Position numbers and translations under genes: made by a program. From contig JALEND010000069.1 of assembly GCA_022768045.1 (NCBI GenBank), positions 1 through 41,829 of the forward strand: 41,829 bases of DNA, written 5' to 3'. This stretch comes from Mycoplasmatota bacterium. GTDB taxonomy: Bacteria > Bacillota_I > Bacilli_A > RF39 > UBA660. The notes below the pieces were generated by a model. That model was not told the DNA's origin. It searched no databases and saw only the letters and a program-made list of their open reading frames with translations. Shown piece after piece: positions 29,902 through 38,283 of this stretch (the stretch's first letter is position 1; each line of letters begins with the position of its first letter).

Positions 29902-29923
29902 TTTAAGTACTTATTTAACTAAA

Positions 29924-30289
29924 TTATGCAAGTTCAACAGTTGCGCCAGCTTCTTCTAACTTAGCTTTAATGTCGTTAGCTTCATCCATTGAAGCGTTTT
30001 CTTTAACATTTCCACCTTCGTCAGCTAACTTCTTAGCATCCATTAATCCTAAACCAGTGATATCTCTGATTACTTTAATTACTTGGATTTTAGCTGATCC
30101 AGCATCTTTTAATACTACAGTTGCTGAAGTTTTTTCTTCTTCGGCAGCAGCAACTGGTGCAGCAGCTACAGCTACAGCACTTGGATCTACTCCAAATTCT
30201 TCCTTCATTGCGTCTACTAATTCTTTAACTTCAAGAATTTTCATTTCTTTTATTGCATCAATAATTTCTTGTGTACTTAATTTTGCCAT
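29924..30289 (-). CDS. rplL: 50S ribosomal protein L7/L12
   Basis: 121 aa. It has an Ala-rich hinge ([13 protein letters not shown]) and a C-terminal domain ([22 protein letters not shown]). Confidence 0.95.
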   Translation of the reverse strand: MAKLSTQEIIDAIKEMKILEVKELVDAMKEEFGVDPSAVAVAAAPVAAAEEEKTSATVVLKDAGSAKIQVIKVIRDITGLGLMDAKKLADEGGNVKENASMDEANDIKAKLEEAGATVELA

Positions 30290-30313
30290 TATAATTTTCC
30301 TCCCTGTTTTTTA

Positions 30314-30814
30314 TTAATTATTTTCTTCTTCTAAGTTTTGACTATGTAAGTCTAAACATATAGCAACATTTTTTACATGCTCCATTAATCCTGCAGCAAA
30401 CATAGTAAGTAATCCATCTCTTGATGGTACTGTTGCTAATTCATTTAATTCACTTAAGCTTGTTTCTTTTCCATCAACAATTCCACCCTTTAATTCAAGT
30501 GCAGGATGAGTTTTTGCAAATTCTGCTAAAACCTTAATAGGTGCGATAGCATCATCTGATGTTGCAATTGCAGATGGACCTTCAAGACAATCATCTAAGT
30601 TTATAGATAATTTATCAAAAGCTCTCTTTGTTAAAGTATTTTTATATACTTTATATGAAGCGTTTTGATCACGTAAGTTACGACGTAATTCAGTTATTTC
30701 TGAATCTGTTAAACCACGGTAATCAAATAAAATAGCACTTGCAGATTCTTTAACACGCTCTGCTATTTCATTTACAACTTCTTCTTTTTTTGCAATTATA
30801 GCTTGATTTGCCAT
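30314..30814 (-). CDS. rplJ: 50S ribosomal protein L10
   Basis: L10-like sequence. Start placed at MANQAI (30814), with GGAGG 7 nt upstream. The track extension to 30874 lacks an RBS and lies in the structured leader. Confidence 0.93.
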   Translation of the reverse strand: MANQAIIAKKEEVVNEIAERVKESASAILFDYRGLTDSEITELRRNLRDQNASYKVYKNTLTKRAFDKLSINLDDCLEGPSAIATSDDAIAPIKVLAEFAKTHPALELKGGIVDGKETSLSELNELATVPSRDGLLTMFAAGLMEHVKNVAICLDLHSQNLEEENN

Positions 30815-30859
30815 GTCTGTTTCCTCCTTTTTTAGTATCAATAAGTACCTATATAAATT

Positions 30860-30965
30860 AAAAGATCTCCACAAAGACGTGAAGACCTTAAAATCCTATT
30901 TTGATTTAGTCCTCGGTAGGAATATAAGTTATGTGAAATTCACTCCTACTGTCTTTGGTACTTTA
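30860..30965 (-). promoter_or_regulatory. Structured rplJ 5' leader, candidate L10(L12)4 autoregulatory leader
   Basis: The rplA-rplJ spacer is 200 nt. The minus strand shows a closing helix, ACCAAAGAC (30959-30951) paired with GTCTTTGTGG (30878-69). It encloses two hairpins, GTAGGA...TCCTAC (with an inner GTGAA-T-TTCAC) and GAGGAC...GTCTTC. This multi-stem architecture sits where Firmicute L10 leaders occur. Confidence 0.45.
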
Positions 30966-31015
30966 TAATTAAAGCCATAAAGGCATTAACTACTAATAGT
31001 TTATATTATTTTTAA

Positions 31016-31714
31016 TTATTTGTCAAATGATGTTAAATCAACTTTAACACCTGGCCCCATAGTTGAAGCTAGTGTTACACCTTTTAAGTATACACCCTTA
31101 GCTGCTTGAGGTTTAGATTTGATGATTACATCCATGAATGTTTTAATGTTATCAATTAACTTTTCATCATCAAATGAAACTTTACCTACTATAGCATGAA
31201 CGTTAGCATAAGAATCAGTTCTATATTCTACACGTCCTTTTTTAACATCTTCAACAGCTTTTTTAGTATCCATTGTAACTGTTCCAGTTTTTGGGTTAGG
31301 CATTAATCCTTTTGGACCTAAAACCTTACCTAATCTACCTAATAAAGGCATCATTTCTGGTGTTGCAATAATTACATCAAAATCTAACCAATTTTCTTTG
31401 TCAATCTTAGTAATTAAATCAACATCACCAACATAATCAGCACCAGCTTCTGTTGCAGCTTTTGCAGCATCACCCTTAGCTAATACTAAAACTTTCTTAG
31501 TTTTACCAGTACCATGTGGTAATACAATAGCACCTCTTAATTGTTGATCATTTTTCTTAACGTCTAAGTTTAATCTTACGGCGATTTCAACTGATCCATC
31601 AAATTTAGATGTTGAAGTTTCTTTTACTAACTTTGTAGCTTCTTCTATAGAATAAAGTTTACCTTTTTCTATTTTACTTAAAGCTTCAGTATACTTTCTA
31701 CTTTTTTTCTTCAT
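31016..31714 (-). CDS. rplA: 50S ribosomal protein L1
   Basis: L1-like throughout ([22 protein letters not shown]). Start placed at MKKKSRKY (31714), with GGAGG upstream. Confidence 0.95.
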   Translation of the reverse strand: MKKKSRKYTEALSKIEKGKLYSIEEATKLVKETSTSKFDGSVEIAVRLNLDVKKNDQQLRGAIVLPHGTGKTKKVLVLAKGDAAKAATEAGADYVGDVDLITKIDKENWLDFDVIIATPEMMPLLGRLGKVLGPKGLMPNPKTGTVTMDTKKAVEDVKKGRVEYRTDSYANVHAIVGKVSFDDEKLIDNIKTFMDVIIKSKPQAAKGVYLKGVTLASTMGPGVKVDLTSFDK

Positions 31715-31798
31715 TTTTACCTCCTTGTGGTATATAGCGGATTTTCCTCCCACATAGATAAATCTATATGATTATTATTTTCTATTTATTATTTATTA

Positions 31799-32224
31799 TT
31801 AATCTTTTATTTCAATACCCATATTTTTAGCAGTACCAGAAACTATTTTTATAGCTTCTTCAACAGTATAAGCATTTAAATCAGGTAATTTAATTTCAGC
31901 AATTTCCTTTAATTGTTCTTTCGTAATTGAACCAACAATCTCTGAAGATCCCTTTGTAGAACCTTTTTTAACATTAGCATACTTCTTAAGTAAGAATGCT
32001 GTTGGTGGAGTTAAAAATCTCAAATCAAAACTTCTGTCATCATAAACAGTTATTTCAACTGGAATTATATCTCCCATTTTATCTTTAGTTGCGTCGTTAT
32101 ATTTTACACAAAATTCACCAGAGTTAACACCTAATGGTCCTAATACAGTTCCTACTGGAGGAGCTGGTGTTGCTTTACCTGCTGGCAATTGTAACGTAAT
32201 CATTTTTGTAACTTCTTTTGCCAC
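31799..32224 (-). CDS. rplK: 50S ribosomal protein L11
   Basis: 141 aa. [19 protein letters not shown] is typical L11. It uses a GTG start with a GGAGGTG RBS. Confidence 0.95.
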   Translation of the reverse strand: MAKEVTKMITLQLPAGKATPAPPVGTVLGPLGVNSGEFCVKYNDATKDKMGDIIPVEITVYDDRSFDLRFLTPPTAFLLKKYANVKKGSTKGSSEIVGSITKEQLKEIAEIKLPDLNAYTVEEAIKIVSGTAKNMGIEIKD

Positions 32225-32335
32225 GAAAACACCTCCTATATTAATTTTTCGCGAGTGGTCAAATAGCTTTATTTTTTAAATCCGCGCCTTCCACTAATTT
32301 CTTTCATCTATATAAAATATATAGCTGCGACTAAC

Positions 32336-32365
32336 ATTTTATCACAGCATATATGATAAAAGCAA
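32336..32365 (-). promoter_or_regulatory. Sigma-A promoter for rplK-rplA
   Basis: The minus strand reads TTGCTT (32365-32360), an 18-nt spacer ending in TGA (extended -10), then TAAAAT (32341-32336). A ~100-nt leader follows. Confidence 0.55.
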
Positions 32366-32379
32366 TACTTTTTTTAAAT

Positions 32380-32928
32380 TTATTCCTTTGTAAATTGAGT
32401 AAGTTCAAGCTCAACTGTTGTTTCTTGTCCAAATAAATCTATTGAAACATTAGCTTTACCTGCATCTAAATCGACACTAATAATCTTTCCAGCAAGCATT
32501 TTAAATGGACCGTCAGTAATTTTAACACTATCACCAACCTCATAATTTGTAACAACAGTTTCTTTATTGTATCCAATTTCTTTAAATAGTCTATCTACTT
32601 CATCTGGAAATAATGGAACTGGTTTTGCTCCTTTACCTGATGATCCTAAGAAACCTGTAACACCTGGGGTATTACGAACAATATACCAAGATTCATCAGA
32701 CATAATCATTTCTACTAGCACATAACCAGGAAATAATTTCTTTAACTTTTCTTTTTTCTTACCATCTTTAATTTCTACTTCTTTTCTAACAGGAACTATA
32801 ACTCTAAATATATTTTCCTGCATATCCATAGAATTAATTCTCATATCTAATTTTTCTTTTACCTTGTCTTCATGACCAGAATATGTATTAACTACATACC
32901 ATTGTTTTTGTTCTTCCATATTATCCAA
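32380..32928 (-). CDS. nusG: Transcription termination/antitermination factor NusG
   Basis: It has an NGN domain (WYVVNTYSGHEDKVK) and a KOW domain (GDSVKITDGPF). The start is either the TTG at 32928 or the ATG at 32919. It overlaps the secE stop. Confidence 0.94.
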   Translation of the reverse strand: MDNMEEQKQWYVVNTYSGHEDKVKEKLDMRINSMDMQENIFRVIVPVRKEVEIKDGKKKEKLKKLFPGYVLVEMIMSDESWYIVRNTPGVTGFLGSSGKGAKPVPLFPDEVDRLFKEIGYNKETVVTNYEVGDSVKITDGPFKMLAGKIISVDLDAGKANVSIDLFGQETTVELELTQFTKE

Positions 32929-33139
32929 TTAACTCCTTTACATAAGATATTAGTGCTATTAACAAATCTGTTGCAACAAAGAATAAACAAATAAATATCA
33001 TAAATACCAATGTTGCTATCGAAAATTTTAATAATTTTTGTTTAGAAGGCCAAGAAATCTTTTTTGTTTCTAATTTTACGCCTTTAAAAAACTCAGATAT
33101 TTTATTAAATAAACTTTTTTTCTTTTTAGCTTTTGCCAT
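32921..33139 (-). CDS. secE: Preprotein translocase subunit SecE
   Basis: 72 aa with a single C-terminal TM segment. ETKKISWPSKQKL matches the SecE signature. Position is upstream of nusG. Confidence 0.85.
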   Translation of the reverse strand: MAKAKKKKSLFNKISEFFKGVKLETKKISWPSKQKLLKFSIATLVFMIFICLFFVATDLLIALISYVKELIG

Positions 33140-33221
33140 AATTAATCTCCTAAAAATATTTCAAAATAAAAAACACTTGACGTGTTAACTAACTAAATAG
33201 TAACACATTAATAAAAAATAG

Positions 33222-33842
33222 TCAATCAATTTTATTTAGAATTCCCTTTAACTTTGTTCTTATTCTACTTAATGCACTTTCAACAGATTTATATGACTTA
33301 CCAAGCATACTTGCTATCTCGTCTGTTGAAAAACCATTTAACTTTAATTCATATACACTTTGTTCAAAAAATGATAAGTCTTTTTTGATGTAACTTTTAA
33401 ATACATCACTTTTTTCTTTACTAATAAGTAAATCCTCTATACTTTCACTAGCTACATACAAACTATTATCTATAGAAGCATAATCATCAGTTTTATAATC
33501 CAAAGACAATGATTCATTTAATATACTATGTTTTTTTCTACTAGCATTTCTTAAAGCAGTTATAATTTTTCTTCTTATACATATAAATGCAAATGTTGAG
33601 AATTTTATATCTTTTTGATGTTTAAAATTTTCTAGTGCATCATGAAGCCCAATCATACCTTCTTGATATAAATCAGCTTCTTCTATTCCTTTACCACTTA
33701 CAAGAGGAGCATATTTCTTTGCATAATAACTTATTGCATCAGAGTACTTCTTATATATTAGTTCATTAGCTTCTTCACTACTATCTTCTATTAAGTACAA
33801 TAATTCGTCATCTTCTTCATATAACTTTTTTATATCACTCAT
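33222..33842 (-). CDS. sigH: RNA polymerase sigma factor SigH
   Basis: EADLYQEGMIGLHDALENFK...FSTFAFICIRRKIITALRNASRKKH is colinear with B. subtilis SigH region 2. A region 4 HTH is present. Position follows the rlmB-sigH-secE-nusG order. Confidence 0.85.
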   Translation of the reverse strand: MSDIKKLYEEDDELLYLIEDSSEEANELIYKKYSDAISYYAKKYAPLVSGKGIEEADLYQEGMIGLHDALENFKHQKDIKFSTFAFICIRRKIITALRNASRKKHSILNESLSLDYKTDDYASIDNSLYVASESIEDLLISKEKSDVFKSYIKKDLSFFEQSVYELKLNGFSTDEIASMLGKSYKSVESALSRIRTKLKGILNKID

Positions 33843-34548
33843 TTGTGCCTCTTTGTCTTACAACTTCGTATATCATAATTCCTGCTGCTACTGATGCATT
33901 TAAACTATTTATCTTACCTATCATTGGAATTTTAACTACAAAATCACAATTCTTTTTTACTAATTGACTTATGCCTTTTCCCTCATTTCCTATTATTAAA
34001 GCTACTGGCATATTATAATCAACTTTATCATAATAAACACTATCAGAAAGTGCTGTTCCAACTACCCATACACCATTTTCTTTTATTTTATTTATAAACC
34101 TATTTAAATTAGTTGTCATAACTATTTTAACGTTATTTAAAGCCCCTGCACTAACTTTCATTACCGTTTTATTTACCCTAACACTTCTATCTTTAGGTAT
34201 TATAATATAGTCAACACCAGCTGCTTCACATGTTCTAATTATTGCACCAAAATTATGAGGATCCTCTAAATGATCTAAAATAACAATAAAAGGATTCTTA
34301 GGCATATTATTAAACATTTCTGCTTCATCGTAATACTCATAATCTTCAATATCTAATATTATACCTTGATGATTACCTTCCTCTAACTTATTCATCATGT
34401 TCTTATTTAAGTATTTTATATTAACATTTCTTTTATTTAATTCATCTATTAATTCTTGATCACTATAGCCCTCTTGTAATAGAACCTTATTTATTTTTAA
34501 ATTATTACTCAAAACTTCTTTTGCTACATTTCTACCATATACTATCAT
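33835..34548 (-). CDS. rlmB: SpoU/TrmH-family 23S rRNA 2'-O-methyltransferase (RlmB/YacO-like)
   Basis: It has an N-terminal substrate-binding domain (IVYGRNVAKEVL) and SpoU motifs (DPHNFGAIIRT, LIIGNEGKGIS, SLNASVAAGI). The ATGA overlap with mrnC supports the call. Confidence 0.85.
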   Translation of the reverse strand: MIVYGRNVAKEVLSNNLKINKVLLQEGYSDQELIDELNKRNVNIKYLNKNMMNKLEEGNHQGIILDIEDYEYYDEAEMFNNMPKNPFIVILDHLEDPHNFGAIIRTCEAAGVDYIIIPKDRSVRVNKTVMKVSAGALNNVKIVMTTNLNRFINKIKENGVWVVGTALSDSVYYDKVDYNMPVALIIGNEGKGISQLVKKNCDFVVKIPMIGKINSLNASVAAGIMIYEVVRQRGTNE

Positions 34549-34931
34549 TTGTTTTCCACCTTATCTATTATAATTTTAATTAATGCTTTTATTCTATTTA
34601 AATCATTATTAATGTATAAAGCTCCAAATAATGCTTCTAATGATGTTGCTTTTTTATAATCCTTAATCAAAACATGTTTAGGCTTTGATTTTGGTTTATA
34701 ATTTCTAGCTCTATTAATTAATAATTGTTCATCATCTGTTAAAAAATTATTATCCATTAAATAATCTATTATTTTAGACTGAGATACTGCACTAACAAAC
34801 TTTTTTGACATTGTTTGTAATTCATCAATTTTTAAACCATGTTTTGTTACTAAAAAATATCTAATATTAACTTCATAAACAGAATCTCCTATATAAGCTA
34901 AATTAGCTACATTTATTTGATTAATATCCAT
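34545..34931 (-). CDS. mrnC: Mini-ribonuclease 3
   Basis: 128 aa. LAYIGDSVYEVNIRYFL and SLEALFGALY are RNase III-like motifs of Mini-III. Confidence 0.85.
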   Translation of the reverse strand: MDINQINVANLAYIGDSVYEVNIRYFLVTKHGLKIDELQTMSKKFVSAVSQSKIIDYLMDNNFLTDDEQLLINRARNYKPKSKPKHVLIKDYKKATSLEALFGALYINNDLNRIKALIKIIIDKVENK

Positions 34932-34968
34932 AGCACCACTTCCAACTTTATTTTAACATAATAATATA

Positions 34969-34991
34969 GAAAAACAAGGTAAAATACCTTG
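34969..34991 (-). terminator. Rho-independent terminator after divIC
   Basis: The minus strand reads CAAGGTA-TTT-TACCTTG followed by TTTTTC, directly after the stop codon. A TGT-TAAAAT extended -10 follows at 34950-34958 and may drive mrnC. Confidence 0.6.
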
Positions 34992-35291
34992 CTAGTCTAT
35001 TTTTAATATTTTTTCGCCATTTTTTGAATAAAAATACTTTTCTCTTGCATATCTTGCAGCATATTCTGGATTTTTAAGTTTTTCAACATCATCAATTAAA
35101 GTTTGTTCTTCTTCTTTTAATGTTTCTAACCTTTTTGTAAGTTCTTTTTTTTCTTGCCTTTTGTTACTTATACTTATAATATTACCAAATGATGATACAA
35201 CACAAAAACATATAATTAAAATACATATTATTGATGTAAAAAACACTCTTGTTCTTTCTTTAGAAGTTAATTTTCCCCTTTTGCTAGACAT
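34992..35291 (-). CDS. divIC: Septum formation initiator family protein (DivIC/FtsB-like)
   Basis: 99 aa. It has an N-terminal TM segment, a coiled coil and YAARYAREKYFYSKNGEKI. Position follows yabP-yabQ, as in B. subtilis. Confidence 0.7.
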   Translation of the reverse strand: MSSKRGKLTSKERTRVFFTSIICILIICFCVVSSFGNIISISNKRQEKKELTKRLETLKEEEQTLIDDVEKLKNPEYAARYAREKYFYSKNGEKILKID

Positions 35292-35337
35292 TGTACCATC
35301 TCCATTATAATAATTATATAATTTTTATATTAAAATT

Positions 35338-35604
35338 TCAAATACTTTTTCTTTTAAAGTAAAGTATTTTACAAAAAAACATACCAATTATAAAAGAGAT
35401 AAATAAGTATGAGGATAATATACCATAATTTATTTTATATAATAAATAATAATATAAAAGGAAGAATATTATATTTATTATATATATTAATATTTTTTCT
35501 ACGTCTTTTCTTTTTATATTTTTAAGTATTCTTTGAATCAAATAAAATATAATTCCACTAAAAAAAGAATAGTATAATACCTTTATTTGAATTGTTATAC
35601 TCAT
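35338..35604 (-). CDS. yabQ: Spore cortex biosynthesis membrane protein YabQ
   Basis: An 88-aa multi-TM protein that overlaps the yabP stop (ATGA). The call rests mainly on synteny with yabP-yabQ-divIC. Confidence 0.6.
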   Translation of the reverse strand: MSITIQIKVLYYSFFSGIIFYLIQRILKNIKRKDVEKILIYIINIIFFLLYYYLLYKINYGILSSYLFISFIIGMFFCKILYFKRKSI

Positions 35605-35882
35605 TTAAACAACCTCGATAACATACCATTTTGTTTCTTATCAGATATACTATCTAAATAGTCAAATGAATTTATAATTCCTTTTATATTTATTGTCCCT
35701 TCTACTATATCAAGCTTTATAATTTCTAAACCTTCTCCTTTTATTTCTAGCTGTCCTGAGGTTGTATCAAGATTAAATTCTTCCTCATCAAAACTTAAAA
35801 TTTTTTTAATGCCACTAATACATGCACTACTTCTATTTGATATAGTAATATTTTGATTTTCAATTTTAAAAGATTCTTCCAT
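35601..35882 (-). CDS. yabP: Sporulation protein YabP
   Basis: 93 aa. ITISNRSSACISGIKKILSFDEEEF...LEIKGEGLEI is YabP/YqfC-like. The RBS is AAGGAGGG. Confidence 0.75.
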   Translation of the reverse strand: MEESFKIENQNITISNRSSACISGIKKILSFDEEEFNLDTTSGQLEIKGEGLEIIKLDIVEGTINIKGIINSFDYLDSISDKKQNGMLSRLFK

Positions 35883-35908
35883 ATTTACCCTCCTTACTTT
35901 AATAATAT

Positions 35909-35941
35909 TAAAAAAAATAGTTCTATATGAACTATTTTTTA
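35909..35941 (-). terminator. Rho-independent terminator of the surface-protein operon
   Basis: The minus strand reads AAAAAATAGTTC-ATATA-GAACTATTTTTTTT. The stem contains the stop codon of the 783-aa gene. Confidence 0.6.
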
Positions 35942-38283
35942 AACTTTCTTCTAATTATTATACCTACTACCAATAAAACAACTAATCCACCTATCGCTAA
36001 TGGATAATTAATTACTTTTCTACCAGTATTAATTGTTACAACTAATTCAGCATCATCTGATGTTCCTTCTTCTTTTGTAACTTGGTTTACTAATTTTACT
36101 TGGTAATAATTTATTGTTTTATCCTCATTAGTAGTATTTTTATCACTTATTGTTACCTTTGCAGTAGAATCCTTTTCTTTTATTAAATCATATCCCTCAG
36201 GAGCTTGTTTTTCAACAAATCTATATTCACCCTTAGGTAAATTAATAACATTTATTATTCCATCATTTGTATCAAGCATATAAGTTGCATTAGTAGTTTC
36301 TGTTGTTGCAGATGATACAAATTCATATATTGCACCTGCTTTATGTACTAATAAAATATCCTTATATACACCATTTTCTTTCTTTTGAAGAGCAAATTTA
36401 CCACCAGATAATAAACTTCCATTTTCTGTTACTTTTGTAAATACAACACCAGTTACACCATTTAACATTGTAACAGTAGTTGTTTCATCACCATTTCTTA
36501 CAGTAACATCTTGACTTGGATTACTTGGTAATGTTGTACCGCATGCAGTTGCTATTTCTGTTACCTTATATTTACCAGCTGGTATTAATTCTATATCAAA
36601 AGCACCATTACATGTTTTTATCTTATTTGTTGTTCCACTTGGACAAGTATCTGAAATAGAATTATATGTATATTTACCATCAGCAGTTTCTTTTACACAA
36701 ACGTTTTTATCACCCTGTTTTATTTCAAATATTGGGCCATTCTCTCTGTTATCTTCGTTAGGACAAGTTGCAACAGAACAAGCATCTCCTGTTAATGTTG
36801 ATTCATTACCATCTGCATCAAGTGTTCTTTTATTCATCTTTAAATGCATCTTTTTATTAACAAATGTTTTCCCAGAAGTTGCATAAGATGAAGAACCAGC
36901 TTTATTTGTCTCTAAAACAGTAATTGTTTGAGGTGTGCTATCAACAACATATCCACTAGGTGCAGAAACTTCAACAGCAACATATTCACCTATGTGTTCA
37001 ATATCAGTTTTTACTGCAGTACCATCTGCTCCTGTTGTTATAGTTGCAAGTTTATTAGAACTATTACATGAAGAACCTGATGAAATAACATTAGCAGAGC
37101 AAATATAAAAACTAACTCCACTTAATGGATTACCACTATCATCTTTTTTGTATACTTTTAATTGATACTTTGGTTTTTCTCCTGTATAAAATGAAATATA
37201 TACAGATTTTGTATTTGATCCTCTTGCAGTAGCTTGAGGATATTTACCATTTGATTGAGCTTTTCTCTTAACTAAATATTTTATAGAACCATGATCTCTT
37301 AATTTATGAGCAGATCCATCTACACCATTTTTTGTAATATAAGCTAACTCTAATTCAACTGTAGCAGGAGAAGATGAAGATATTTCTTTACCTGTGTTAA
37401 TAGATAATGTACCGTTTGATAAACTAACTTCACTACTTGATAGTCCTGAAATTGATTTTATTTTATAATAATTTAATTCACTACTACTAATAGTTTTAGA
37501 AAATTTTTCGGTTTTAGCATTATATGATGAAACTTTTACTGGATGAGATTTTGAACCCCCAGATGCACTTGATGAACTATAAAAACCTGAAGTTGGTGTT
37601 GTTTTAAAACGAGCTGCACAAGCTAAAGTTTCTTTATAAGCTTTATATAATTTATTTCTCTTTGCAGAATAATTATTAAGTGCCGATGATGAACCACTTA
37701 TTATTTCGTACATTGAAGTTACTCCTGATCTACTTCCAAATACAGAACCAGATGGTTCATATGGTTTATAATTACCACCTAATATTTTACTATAATTGAT
37801 GTTAGCTCTTTCACGTGAGATAAGTTCCCAAACTATTGATTGAGTACTTATTATACTGTAATCATTCTCATACCAACATGATAAAACATAAGATAAATCT
37901 GTATCTAGATTATTAACTCCATAAATATCCCAAGTCCAATGACTATCACTACTTTTATTTGGCGCATTAGTTGTAATAGAAGCACCAGTTATCTTATTAC
38001 CTGATTCAAGTGCTACTCCAGGTTCAATACAATACCATCTTGTTCCTTTATAATCCGAAGCTCCATCTGTTATTTTAAAACCTCCCATAAATTTGGTTTG
38101 TCTTTCCAGACTACTAGAGCCTTTTCTTGTATTATATTTTACGTTAGGCAAATTTAAATTATTTTCCCATATTTTTGTTTCTTTAATTGTATATGTATTT
38201 GCAGCATTAACATTAAGAGGTATTAATAGTAATGAAATTGTTAATATAAAAGCTGTTTTAAATTTACTTAGATTCTGTTTCAT
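35932..38283 (-). CDS. Secreted, C-terminally anchored surface adhesin with a putative thioester-type N-domain and three SpaA/Cna-B-like domains
   Basis: The signal peptide is MKQNLSKFKTAFILTISLLLIPLNVNA/AN. The N-domain carries WYCIEPG and STQSIVWE. The SpaA-like repeats are YQLKVYKKDDSGNPLSGVSF...GEYVAVEVSAPSGYVV, GKYKVTEIATACG and VVFTKVTENGSLLSGGKFAL...GEYRFVEKQAPEGYDL. The C-terminus is TINTGRKVINYP, a hydrophobic helix, then RRKFKK. Confidence 0.8.
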   Translation of the reverse strand: MKQNLSKFKTAFILTISLLLIPLNVNAANTYTIKETKIWENNLNLPNVKYNTRKGSSSLERQTKFMGGFKITDGASDYKGTRWYCIEPGVALESGNKITGASITTNAPNKSSDSHWTWDIYGVNNLDTDLSYVLSCWYENDYSIISTQSIVWELISRERANINYSKILGGNYKPYEPSGSVFGSRSGVTSMYEIISGSSSALNNYSAKRNKLYKAYKETLACAARFKTTPTSGFYSSSSASGGSKSHPVKVSSYNAKTEKFSKTISSSELNYYKIKSISGLSSSEVSLSNGTLSINTGKEISSSSPATVELELAYITKNGVDGSAHKLRDHGSIKYLVKRKAQSNGKYPQATARGSNTKSVYISFYTGEKPKYQLKVYKKDDSGNPLSGVSFYICSANVISSGSSCNSSNKLATITTGADGTAVKTDIEHIGEYVAVEVSAPSGYVVDSTPQTITVLETNKAGSSSYATSGKTFVNKKMHLKMNKRTLDADGNESTLTGDACSVATCPNEDNRENGPIFEIKQGDKNVCVKETADGKYTYNSISDTCPSGTTNKIKTCNGAFDIELIPAGKYKVTEIATACGTTLPSNPSQDVTVRNGDETTTVTMLNGVTGVVFTKVTENGSLLSGGKFALQKKENGVYKDILLVHKAGAIYEFVSSATTETTNATYMLDTNDGIINVINLPKGEYRFVEKQAPEGYDLIKEKDSTAKVTISDKNTTNEDKTINYYQVKLVNQVTKEEGTSDDAELVVTINTGRKVINYPLAIGGLVVLLVVGIIIRRKFKK

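Noticed and set aside
29970-30317. 115-aa plus-strand ORF
   Set aside because: It is antisense to rplL and is an Ala/Ser-rich mirror of the L7/L12 hinge.
32225-32335. Possible L1-binding autoregulatory leader upstream of rplK
   Set aside because: The ~100-nt leader has local hairpins (CTATATA-TTT-TATATAG, AGTGG...CCACT). I cannot match it to a defined L1-binding mimic by eye, so only the promoter is annotated.
33166-33206. Two mutually exclusive hairpins sharing AACAC between sigH and secE: GTGTTA...TAACAC, and AACAC-GTCAA-GTGTT plus a T-run. Considered as an attenuator or sigH terminator.
   Set aside because: The stems are only 5-6 bp and AT-rich surroundings make such pairings frequent by chance. 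Without covariation I cannot support a regulatory call. Possibly just a weak sigH terminator.
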